The notes under the pieces: model-generated
What the model was told of the DNA's origin: nothing
Database searches by the model: none
The model's input: the letters and a program-made list of their open reading frames with translations, nothing else
Program-made: the position numbers and the translations under genes
Shown: one piece after another, positions 1 to 7,985 of the stretch
Layout of the letters: every line of letters begins with the position of its first letter
Numbering within the stretch: position 1 is the stretch's first letter
DNA from: a bacterium
GTDB taxonomy: Bacteria > Auribacterota > UBA3054
Direction of reading: 5' to 3'
DNA length: 47,299 nucleotides
NCBI GenBank assembly: GCA_017539325.1
Contig: JAFYHD010000104.1
Location: 1 to 47,299 of the forward strand

Positions 1-43
1 ACTTACACGCTTATCCTGAGGGAGGCCGGACGCGCGCCTTAAA

Positions 44-72
44 TTGACAGGAAGGGGGCAAAAATGTATCAT
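44..72 (+). promoter_or_regulatory. Candidate sigma70-type promoter for prs
   Basis: TTGACA (44-49), a 17-nt spacer, then TATCAT (67-72), about 50 nt upstream of the prs ATG at 122. Pattern match only. Confidence 0.4.
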
Positions 73-121
73 ATGTCGTGTGTGTTCAATCCTCTTAAAC
101 CCTAAAAACCGCGAGTGATTT

Positions 122-1306
122 ATGAGTACTTCTCATGTGTTCGGAAGAGATTATCGTCACATCCCCCAAGCCCCTATCGGTATAATCGCCACCCCGGGAG
201 GACGGGAGCTCGCGGAATCCATCGACAAGGAACTCATAAAGGAGCGTCTCGCGCTTCTGGAAGAATATCCCCCTTATGAAAGTTTCCCGGGCTTTTTGAG
301 AGACACCTTCATCATCCCCTCCGACAACCCGCGCTTCCAGAACGGCGAAGGCAAAGCCGTCATAGATCTTTCCGTCCGAGGCCTCGACCTCTTCTTCATC
401 ACCGACATCGGCAACTGGGGCATGAAGTACAACCGCAACGGCGAGACAGTCTCGATGGCCCCGGACGAACACTTCCAGGATCTCAAGCGTCTGGTGGCCG
501 CGGCCCGCGGCATGGGACATCGCTGCAACGTCATCATGCCGATGCTCTATGAGAGCCGCCAGCACCGCATCTCCGGAAGAGAATCCTTAGACTGCGCCAT
601 CGCCCTGCAGGAGCTCGTCAATCTTGGCGTCAACAACATCATGACGATCGACGCTCACAACGCGCACGTTCACAACGCCATCCCCTACCACGGCTTCGAG
701 AACCTGCACGCCGCCTACCAGATCATCAAGAAGATCATCAACACCGTTCCCGATTTCAGGATCGGCCCGGACAACCTGATCGTCGTTTCCCCAGACCTGG
801 GCGGCATGTCGCGCTGCCGTTACTTCGCAGAACAGCTGCACACGCATCTGACCGGCTTCTACAAACTGAGAGACCTCTCGAGAGTCGTGGACGGCAAGGC
901 CCCTGTGCTTGAGCACAAATTCTTAGGCGGCAGCATCGCCGGAAGAGACGCCATCGTCGTCGACGACATGATCGCCTCCGGCGGCTCCGTCATCGAGGTC
1001 GCCTACAAGCTGAAGGAAGCCGGCGTCAGGAACATTTACGTCGCCTGCACATTCATGCTCTTCACGAGCGGCGTCGAGAAATTCCAGAAGGCTTACGAAG
1101 ACGGCGTCATCACCAGGATCTTCGGAACGAACGCGACCTATACCAGGCCTGAGCTCCTAGCGGCCCCCTGGTACACGCAGGTCTCGATCTCCAGGCTCGT
1201 CTCGCTTTACATCGACCTCTTCAACCGCAACGAGTCGATAGCGAAGCTGCTTGACAACAGCGCCAAGATCAGCAAGCTTCTTGAGAATCACAATCTGCAT
1301 GCCTAA
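122..1306 (+). CDS. prs: Ribose-phosphate pyrophosphokinase (PRPP synthetase), long form
   Basis: 394-aa ORF with an ATG start. It has the PRPP-binding loop 'DAIVVDDMIASGGS', 'IVVSPDLGG', and an N-terminal half with 'NVIMPMLYESRQHR'. It aligns by eye to class I Prs but carries insertions and a C-terminal tail. Confidence 0.85.
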   Translation: MSTSHVFGRDYRHIPQAPIGIIATPGGRELAESIDKELIKERLALLEEYPPYESFPGFLRDTFIIPSDNPRFQNGEGKAVIDLSVRGLDLFFITDIGNWGMKYNRNGETVSMAPDEHFQDLKRLVAAARGMGHRCNVIMPMLYESRQHRISGRESLDCAIALQELVNLGVNNIMTIDAHNAHVHNAIPYHGFENLHAAYQIIKKIINTVPDFRIGPDNLIVVSPDLGGMSRCRYFAEQLHTHLTGFYKLRDLSRVVDGKAPVLEHKFLGGSIAGRDAIVVDDMIASGGSVIEVAYKLKEAGVRNIYVACTFMLFTSGVEKFQKAYEDGVITRIFGTNATYTRPELLAAPWYTQVSISRLVSLYIDLFNRNESIAKLLDNSAKISKLLENHNLHA

Positions 1307-1748
1307 GCAAAGCGTCCTTCTCCTTCTTCTCGCTTCATGCCTGCTTGTTTCCTGCCGGCAGGAAAACGTTCCTCCCGCCGATCTGATCACGCCCGACCAG
1401 GATAGCGCCGAGCTCTACGATCCCATGCATCCGGAAGCTTTCGCGGAAGCCAATCCCGAGGACGGCCTCACTCCGGAAGATCCGCTTCCGGAAGTTAAGG
1501 GGCCCGGCAGCTCCCTTAGCTCCCCCGCCGTCATAACCGGCGTCTTCACCAGACTCGGCAAAATGGAAGCCGAGAGCGACTTCATTTCCGAGAAGCTCGG
1601 CAAGGAAGGCGAAGACTGGAAAATAAAAAGCACCTCCGTAAGGCCGATGGGAAGCAAGACCTTGGAAGAGATCATTGTCGAAAAGAAGGGAAACACCCAG
1701 AGCGCTTTTTATTTCGACATAACGGAATACGAGAATTCCTGGCAGTAG
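1299..1748 (+). CDS. Small lipoprotein of unknown function
   Basis: The ATG at 1299 gives 'MPKQSVLLLLLASCLLVSC', a signal peptide with a canonical lipobox (LVSC). The track ORF begins at a TTG at 1251 inside prs. The ATG start overlaps the prs stop by 8 nt. There is an acidic/Pro-rich linker followed by a small globular part. Confidence 0.6.
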   Translation: MPKQSVLLLLLASCLLVSCRQENVPPADLITPDQDSAELYDPMHPEAFAEANPEDGLTPEDPLPEVKGPGSSLSSPAVITGVFTRLGKMEAESDFISEKLGKEGEDWKIKSTSVRPMGSKTLEEIIVEKKGNTQSAFYFDITEYENSWQ

Positions 1749-1752
1749 CGAA

Positions 1753-3705
1753 ATGAAAAGTTTTCATCCTTTCCCCTACGACGAGTTCCAGAAGAAAGCC
1801 ATCGAGGCTATCGAAGGAAACGCCTCGATTTTCGTCTCCGCGCCGACCGGTTCCGGCAAGACGGTCATCGCCGAGCACGTCATAGCGGACGCCATCACGC
1901 TCCACCAGCGCGTCGTCTACACCGCCCCAATAAAAGCCCTCTCCAACCAGAAGTACCGCGAGTTCGTAAGGCAGTACGGCGAAAGCTCAGTGGGCATCCT
2001 GACCGGCGACGTGAACATCAACCGCGACGCCCAGATCATCGTCATGACGACGGAGATCTACCGCAACACGCTGCTCGACGAAGGCAGCACGATAGAAGAC
2101 GTCGCCTGGATCATCTTCGACGAAGTGCACTACCTCGACGACGCGGAGCGCGGCACCGTCTGGGAGGAAGCCATAATCTTCACGCCGAAACAAACGAGGA
2201 TACTGGCGCTCTCGGCGACCGTCCCGAACGCCAGGGAGCTCTGCGACTGGATGGAGCAGATACTGGACCGCCCGATGGTCCTCGTTGAGGAAACGAAAAG
2301 GCCTGTGCCGCTCACCTTCGCGTTCCAGGCCCAGAACAGATTCTACACCGACTTCAAAGATTTCAAGGAAGACGCTTACAAGGATCTCAAAAAGCCGAGA
2401 AGATATTTCCGAGGCAGAAGACCGAAAGACCCCGTCACACCAAACTCCCTTCCCAGGCTCATCGAGCGCATAAAGGGAGAGGACGGCTTCCCCTGTCTGT
2501 ATTTCGCCTTCGGCAGAAAACTGACGGAGGAACTGGCCTACAATTCTCTCCCGAACATGCAGCTCAGCAAAATAGAAAAGGAAGAAATAGAAAAACGCTT
2601 CTCTGAGCTCTGCGAAAAATACGCCGTCCAGAACGAACCCACAATAAAGAAGCTCACGCCTCTTGTAAAGAACGGCCTTGCCTATCATCACGCCGGCATG
2701 CTTCCGACGACGAAGGAAATAATTGAGCAGCTCTTCAACGAGAAGCGCCTCAAGATGATCTTCGCGACCGAGACTTTCGCCCTCGGCCTCAACATGCCAG
2801 TAAGAACCGTCATCTTCGACAGCATCAGGAAATACTATCCCGGCGGCTTCGACGTTTTGAAGACCAGGGACTTCTTCCAGATGGCCGGCCGCGCCGGCAG
2901 GCGCGGCATGGACGACTTCGGCAGAGTCTATCTAAGGATCAACCCGAGGCAGGTAAGGGCCGAGCAGGTCAAGAACTGCGTCTACGGCGAAGCCCAGCCC
3001 GTCCTCTCCCAGTTCAACGCCTCTTATGCCACGCTCCTCAACCTCTATGACAAGCACGGCGAGGACGTCATCAGCATCTATCCCAGCACGCTGAATTATT
3101 TTCAGGCCTCCAAACGCCAGCGGCGGATAGAACGTCAGAAATTCCTCGACCGTTTGCAAGTTCTTAAGAAGACCGGCTGCATAAGAAACGACGCGCTCAC
3201 CGGCAAAGGCCACTTCGCCTGCTGGTTCTTCGGCTACGAGCTCATCATGTCCGAGCTCTTCATGGCAGGCCTCTTAGACCGTTGGGATCCTGTGGAACTG
3301 GGCTTGGCCCTAGCAACGCTTGTTTACGAAGCAAAACCCGGCACCCCGCCCATACGCCATCTTCCCAACCGCCTCTCCAGAGTGTTGAGGGAAGTCACCA
3401 AGGCCTACTACCAGATCGAAATAGTGGAAGGCTCTTACCGCATCGAGAATCCCGTGAGAGCCCCGGAGCCCAGCCTTATGAAAGCCACGGAGCTCTGGCT
3501 CAAGAACGCCAACTTCCAGGACACCGTCCAGGCTTCCAAAATTGACGAAGGCGAACTCATCCGCTACTTCAGGATGATCATCCAGCTCGCCAGGCAGTTG
3601 ACGCAGGCTCCCAATGTTTCGGAAAAGATCGTGAAGACCGCCGAAGACTTAAGGCGCCTTATGGACCGCGGCGTAGTCGACGCCGAGCGTCAGCTGCGCT
3701 CCTAA
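1753..3705 (+). CDS. Ski2/HelY-like superfamily-2 DEVH-box helicase
   Basis: 650-aa ORF. Motif I is 'SAPTGSGKT', motif II 'DEVH', motif III 'SAT', motif VI 'QMAGRAGRRG', plus 'AYHHAGMLP'. A C-terminal helical region resembles the Ski2/Mtr4 DSHCT domain. Confidence 0.85.
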   Translation: MKSFHPFPYDEFQKKAIEAIEGNASIFVSAPTGSGKTVIAEHVIADAITLHQRVVYTAPIKALSNQKYREFVRQYGESSVGILTGDVNINRDAQIIVMTTEIYRNTLLDEGSTIEDVAWIIFDEVHYLDDAERGTVWEEAIIFTPKQTRILALSATVPNARELCDWMEQILDRPMVLVEETKRPVPLTFAFQAQNRFYTDFKDFKEDAYKDLKKPRRYFRGRRPKDPVTPNSLPRLIERIKGEDGFPCLYFAFGRKLTEELAYNSLPNMQLSKIEKEEIEKRFSELCEKYAVQNEPTIKKLTPLVKNGLAYHHAGMLPTTKEIIEQLFNEKRLKMIFATETFALGLNMPVRTVIFDSIRKYYPGGFDVLKTRDFFQMAGRAGRRGMDDFGRVYLRINPRQVRAEQVKNCVYGEAQPVLSQFNASYATLLNLYDKHGEDVISIYPSTLNYFQASKRQRRIERQKFLDRLQVLKKTGCIRNDALTGKGHFACWFFGYELIMSELFMAGLLDRWDPVELGLALATLVYEAKPGTPPIRHLPNRLSRVLREVTKAYYQIEIVEGSYRIENPVRAPEPSLMKATELWLKNANFQDTVQASKIDEGELIRYFRMIIQLARQLTQAPNVSEKIVKTAEDLRRLMDRGVVDAERQLRS

Positions 3706-3706
3706 A

Positions 3707-6220
3707 TTACTTCAGGTATATGCCGGCCCAGTGGTCGCCCTGCACCAAAGCGCGGTCGAATTCCAGTATGATCTTTCCGCTGCCAAGAGGCTTTTTGCTC
3801 CTAAGCGTATAGCGATGCTCGTCGCTGTGCACGAAGTCTTTCTTATATTCCAGCGGCTTGAAGACCAGCCTTCCTTTCCCTTCCCTTTTGAAATAGACCT
3901 TCATCGGCACGGCGTTCGCCGGTCCCTTTATGATGACCGTAATCTCGTTTTTGTCCTTGAACTCTTCCGGCAGTTCGAAGGTTTTTCCGGTGATAGGTTC
4001 CTTGCTGTCACTGAAGCCGAAGCCGGCGTACTGCTTTCCCCTGTCCAGCAAAAGCATTTCATCCACGAGGCCAGCCGAATATTCATAATCCTTAAAAGCC
4101 TGTTCCAAGACTTCTTTGCACTCGCCCTGCCAATCAGGATTGATCTCCCTGCAGCCTTCCTTGTCGCTGCCGGCGTTCCAGAAGTCTTTCTCAATATCCC
4201 TTAATTCCCACTGGATGTCATCTTCCTTAATTCCCGCCGCCAGCCTTCTCAGATAATGCTGCCACTCGCTGTTGTGGTAATAGATGATGCCGCTCCAGGC
4301 TCTCGTGGCGTAGCCGTTCAAAAATCCTCCCCAGGCAGTCACCAATCTCTTGGCGTCGCTGGCGTAATACTTCTTCTCCTCTTCCGTCGAGCCCCAATCC
4401 CTGGCCCTGTCAGCCCAACGTGACAACAGCAAATGCTCCCTGGTCGCCGCCAGATTATCCATCGAACCGGCAAGTTTGTCCAGCCTATCCGCCGCAACGA
4501 CCATCTCATTGGTCTTCCCGAAGAGATAAAGATAAGCCGCTTCCATTATGATCCTGTCCGCCGCCACCATTCCATAGCGCATGGTGAATTCCACGCAGTC
4601 GTCAATATACAAAGAGCTCTTCGCAAACTTGTTAGAACAGGACAGAAGATTCGGCAGACCGTCCTTCCAGCCCTCCTCGAAACTGTTGCGGGCCCAGGCT
4701 GACATATGCGGGCTCCCTTGGAAATGATAATGGTCGCCTTTGGTCTTATAGAAACTCCTAAGGAAGTGAGCCCAGGCGTTGGAAACGGCCGGGGTGTAGG
4801 CGCCGTACCTGTCCTCGCAATACTTGGCCAGCCAATCCTCAAGTTTGCCTTCCTTCGTCTGCCAGGCCGAATCCGCCAGCATCTCGAAGACCACCTCGTT
4901 GTTGTCCAAACCTTCCGGGGTCAGGCCCACGCCCACTTGCTTCCCCTTGTCGGGGTCGCCTTGCTGATCGAACATCTTGGAATAATTCTTTTGCAGTTCC
5001 CCGTGCGGATCGTTGAAACCTCCGAAGGTGTGCGCGATGCACCTAAGCCACTCATGCCCGTAGAAACCGTCGTGTTCTTTCCAGACTTGCATATTGTCGT
5101 TAGCCAGATCGATGATGATTATTCCCCCGACAGGAATATCTTTCAGGAACGACTGTACCGCTTCCCTTGTCCAAGTGTCTTTTTGGAAGAAGAACATCCA
5201 GCCCTGCATCACCCAGACAGCGTCCGAGATCGCGGCGTGGATCGCCTGGTAGCTTTCCCTTCCGTACCTTTGGAGATCCTCGTTCAAAGAAGAAGTGACA
5301 GGGATATCCATCTCGTTGAAACTGTCCGCCAGGAAATATTTCACAGGTCCGAACATGTTGGTGTAAGTCCGCATCCACTCTTTCGTCAGATCAGCGAAGG
5401 TCCGCGTTCCCGGTTCTATCCACCATGACTGGCATTCGCCCGGCAAAGCGCACCAGTGCGCCCTCGCGTGGAAATTCGTCTTGCCGTGCGTTTCGGCGTA
5501 CTCTTCCGGAACGAAGCCCGCGAAACCGGGGACCACAGGCGTCATGCCGAATTCCCGCATCCTGGCCAGGATCTGATCCTGCAGAACTTTCGTCTCGTCG
5601 ATATACTTGTCCGGGCAAGGTCCGTTGTGCTTGTAAAGGTTCCCCATGATGAACCAGGGCGCGAAGGCCGGGCCGGGGAAATACTCCTTCAAACCTTTTT
5701 CGCTCACGCCAAGATCAGTCCAGACTTTCCTGGCCACCGCCTGATAGCCTACCATCGCCAGCGGCATATTCACGCCGTGCAGCGCCAGCCAGTCCAGTTC
5801 TTCCTCCCAGCGGTCCCACTTCCAATACGGCGCGGTGTAACCGAAAGTGCAGACGTTGAAATGATGACGGAATTTGTGCGGCGTCCCCCCGACGGTCAAC
5901 TCGGCATCCGGATAATTCTCGATCTTCGGATGTCTCTGCTGCCATGTCACCATCACGCCCGCATGATCTTTCAGATACTCATAGCAGCCGCGCACGATAG
6001 CGAGATCGTTCTCACCTTTCACCAAGACCTTCCCATCTTTGGCTTCGTAGGAAAACGTATCGAAAAGATTCGTATCGACAGACGGAGCGTAAGCAAGCTT
6101 AAAATGGCTCGCGTCGCCGAAGACTCTCTCCAAAACTCCGTACGCCGCCGCCGGCCTTTTGCCGCCGCCCTTTTCACAAGCGCAAAGAGCCAAAACCAAA
6201 ATGACCAAAATTTTTTTCAT
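3707..6220 (-). CDS. Alpha-N-acetylglucosaminidase (GH89, NAGLU-like), probable lipoprotein
   Basis: 837-aa ORF. The N-terminus 'MKKILVILVLALCAC' is a signal/lipobox-like sequence. There is strong by-eye similarity to NAGLU: 'WDRWEEELDWLALHGVNMPLA', 'GPAFAPWFIMGNL', 'FGMTPVVPGFAGFVPEE', and the catalytic-Glu contexts 'ADSFNEM' and 'TPEGLDNNEVVF'. An extra C-terminal domain of about 110 aa is beta-rich. Confidence 0.9.
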   Translation of the reverse strand: MKKILVILVLALCACEKGGGKRPAAAYGVLERVFGDASHFKLAYAPSVDTNLFDTFSYEAKDGKVLVKGENDLAIVRGCYEYLKDHAGVMVTWQQRHPKIENYPDAELTVGGTPHKFRHHFNVCTFGYTAPYWKWDRWEEELDWLALHGVNMPLAMVGYQAVARKVWTDLGVSEKGLKEYFPGPAFAPWFIMGNLYKHNGPCPDKYIDETKVLQDQILARMREFGMTPVVPGFAGFVPEEYAETHGKTNFHARAHWCALPGECQSWWIEPGTRTFADLTKEWMRTYTNMFGPVKYFLADSFNEMDIPVTSSLNEDLQRYGRESYQAIHAAISDAVWVMQGWMFFFQKDTWTREAVQSFLKDIPVGGIIIIDLANDNMQVWKEHDGFYGHEWLRCIAHTFGGFNDPHGELQKNYSKMFDQQGDPDKGKQVGVGLTPEGLDNNEVVFEMLADSAWQTKEGKLEDWLAKYCEDRYGAYTPAVSNAWAHFLRSFYKTKGDHYHFQGSPHMSAWARNSFEEGWKDGLPNLLSCSNKFAKSSLYIDDCVEFTMRYGMVAADRIIMEAAYLYLFGKTNEMVVAADRLDKLAGSMDNLAATREHLLLSRWADRARDWGSTEEEKKYYASDAKRLVTAWGGFLNGYATRAWSGIIYYHNSEWQHYLRRLAAGIKEDDIQWELRDIEKDFWNAGSDKEGCREINPDWQGECKEVLEQAFKDYEYSAGLVDEMLLLDRGKQYAGFGFSDSKEPITGKTFELPEEFKDKNEITVIIKGPANAVPMKVYFKREGKGRLVFKPLEYKKDFVHSDEHRYTLRSKKPLGSGKIILEFDRALVQGDHWAGIYLK

Positions 6221-6251
6221 CGATAACCAGCCCGTTTTTGGTGAGAAGAGC

Positions 6252-7142
6252 TTATTTTCGGGGATGGGATTTGTCGTAGACTTCTTTCAGTCTTTCTATG
6301 GTCACGTGGGTGTAGATCTGGGTGGTGCCGATGGAGGCGTGGCCGAGCATGGTTTGGACGCTTCTAAGATCGGCTCCGTTGTCGAGAAGGTGCGTGGCGA
6401 AGCTGTGGCGGAAGACGTGGGGCGTCACGTGCTTGTCGATGCCGGCCATTGCAGCGTAATTGGCGATAAGGCGCTCAATGGTACGGGGAGAGAGTTTTCC
6501 CTTCGGCCCCGGGAAGCAGGGGCTGTTGTGTCCCTTTGAGGGATATTCGGGGTTGTTGAAATAGTTGTTGAGGGCGCGCATCGCCAGCTCGCCAAGCAGG
6601 ACGTACCGCGTCTTGTTGCCTTTGCCCACGACTCTAGCGGCGTGTTCGTCCATGTCGAGCATGCCGTGGGTAAGGTTCACGAGCTCGGAAAGACGCAGTC
6701 CGGTGGAATAGAAAAGCTCCATGATGGCTTCGTCCCTCAGACCTTCGAGAGTTTCCTGATTCGGCATGGAAAGAATGGCTTCCATTTCTTTTAAGGTAAG
6801 AACGGTGGGAAGCGGTTTGCCGCGCTTGGGAGTAGTGAGGCTGGTGGCGGGAGAGGCTTTGATGTTCCTTCTTCTAAAATGGAAGCCGAAGAAGGAACGG
6901 ATGGCGGAGGCCTGTCTCGCTACGGTCTTGGGATCGTGGTCTTTTTCCGCGACAGAGTCGGATAGGAAAGCGCGCAGATCTTCCCTTTGAATGTCTTCAA
7001 GGCTGGGAAGCTTGCCGCATTCGTTTAAAAACGCGACGAAACCGTCGAGATCCCTTTTGTAGCTGATGATGGTCCTGGGACTGTAACGCCGCTCGCTTTT
7101 AAGGTACTCTAAGAATTGTTCTATAGCGGCAGAAAGTTCCAT
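6252..7142 (-). CDS. Tyrosine site-specific recombinase, XerC/XerD type
   Basis: 296-aa ORF. The N-terminal SAM-like domain has 'FLEYLKSERRYSPRTIISYKRDL'. The C-terminal catalytic region has 'ATGLRLSEL' (Arg), 'HVFRHSFATHLL' (HxxR), 'LGHASIGTTQIYTH' (His/Tyr). Confidence 0.85.
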   Translation of the reverse strand: MELSAAIEQFLEYLKSERRYSPRTIISYKRDLDGFVAFLNECGKLPSLEDIQREDLRAFLSDSVAEKDHDPKTVARQASAIRSFFGFHFRRRNIKASPATSLTTPKRGKPLPTVLTLKEMEAILSMPNQETLEGLRDEAIMELFYSTGLRLSELVNLTHGMLDMDEHAARVVGKGNKTRYVLLGELAMRALNNYFNNPEYPSKGHNSPCFPGPKGKLSPRTIERLIANYAAMAGIDKHVTPHVFRHSFATHLLDNGADLRSVQTMLGHASIGTTQIYTHVTIERLKEVYDKSHPRK

Positions 7143-7149
7143 GATCTTT

Positions 7150-7704
7150 TTAGTAAGTGAAGTTGCAGTCGATGTTCTCTAAGAACGGCGCCTTCTCGTC
7201 TTTGGGACTGGTGATCTTCGGGAGATCAGGCAGAGGCCATTCCACGTTGACGGTCGGATCGTCGTAGCGAAGACCGCCTTCCGCTTCGGGATGATAGAAC
7301 TCGGTGCATTTGTAATGGAAGACCGCTTCGTCGCTGACGACACAGAAGCCGTGGGCGAAACCTTGCGGCACATAAAGGGATTTCTTATTCTCTTCGCTGA
7401 GAAGATCGCCTACCCATTTGCCGAAATAGGGAGAGCCTTTCCTAAGGTCGACGGCGACGTCGAAGACTTCGCCTCTGACAACTCTCACGAGCTTGCCCTG
7501 GGAATAGGGGTTCTTCTGGAAGTGCAGTCCTCTCAAAACGCCCTTGCGGCTTGAGCTCATGTTATCCTGCACAAAATTGGTGGGTATGCCGGCTTCTTTG
7601 AAAAGATCGGCGCGGTAGGTCTCCATGAAGAAGCCCCTATTGTCGCCGAACACATCCGGCTCGATCAGTTTGACGTCCGGAATAGCAAGAGAAATTATCT
7701 TCAT
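7150..7704 (-). CDS. rfbC: dTDP-4-dehydrorhamnose 3,5-epimerase
   Basis: 184-aa cupin with 'FGDNRGFFMETY', 'RGLHFQ', 'QGKLVRVVRGEVFDVAVDLR' and 'YVPQGFAHGF'. Confidence 0.9.
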   Translation of the reverse strand: MKIISLAIPDVKLIEPDVFGDNRGFFMETYRADLFKEAGIPTNFVQDNMSSSRKGVLRGLHFQKNPYSQGKLVRVVRGEVFDVAVDLRKGSPYFGKWVGDLLSEENKKSLYVPQGFAHGFCVVSDEAVFHYKCTEFYHPEAEGGLRYDDPTVNVEWPLPDLPKITSPKDEKAPFLENIDCNFTY

Positions 7705-7712
7705 TTTAATTT

Positions 7713-7937
7713 TTAGTCGCGATAACGATAAGTGATTCGGCCCTTCGTCATGTCATAGGGAGACATTTCCAGTTTGACGCGGTCGCCGGCGACGATCTTG
7801 ATGAAGAAGTGACGCATCCTGCCGGAAATGTGGGCAAGCACTTCCATGCCGTTGTCGTCGAGTTTGACACGGTAGAGAGTGCTGGGCAGAACTTTGGTCA
7901 CGACGCCCTCAACTTCGATTACATCATCTTTAGCCAT
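7713..7937 (-). CDS. infA: Translation initiation factor IF-1
   Basis: 74 aa: '[13 protein letters not shown]...LAHISGRMR...[27 protein letters not shown]', a textbook IF-1 S1-like sequence. Confidence 0.95.
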   Translation of the reverse strand: MAKDDVIEVEGVVTKVLPSTLYRVKLDDNGMEVLAHISGRMRHFFIKIVAGDRVKLEMSPYDMTKGRITYRYRD

Positions 7938-7966
7938 AAATAAAGATAGTTGGTTAAATTGCGAAT

Positions 7967-7975
7967 ATAATAGCA
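7967..7975 (-). promoter_or_regulatory. Candidate extended -10 element (TGCTATTAT) upstream of infA
   Basis: The minus strand reads TGCTATTAT, 29 nt upstream of the infA ATG, in the 48-nt gap after the preceding gene. It is one of nine sites with the same motif (see findings). Confidence 0.3.
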
Positions 7976-7985
7976 GAAGAAGGGT

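Noticed and set aside
1251-1298. The TTG start at 1251 for the small lipoprotein gene. The same issue applies to the TTG at 19623 (fcl) and the GTG at 44230 (tkt).
   Set aside because: The track uses the most upstream possible start, including TTG and GTG. In each case a downstream ATG gives a sensible N-terminus (a signal peptide with lipobox, the Rossmann GxxGxxG near the N-terminus, or an SD-preceded Met). It also avoids a long overlap with the upstream gene or with promoter DNA.
6252-7142. Tyrosine recombinase as the integrase of a mobile element or genomic island. The same idea was considered for tRNA-Pro at 45747-45823 as an integration hotspot.
   Set aside because: The sequence looks like housekeeping XerC/XerD. 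I found no flanking direct repeats, phage or conjugation genes, or compositional break. No integrase lies next to the tRNA, and no partial tRNA duplicate is visible in the window.
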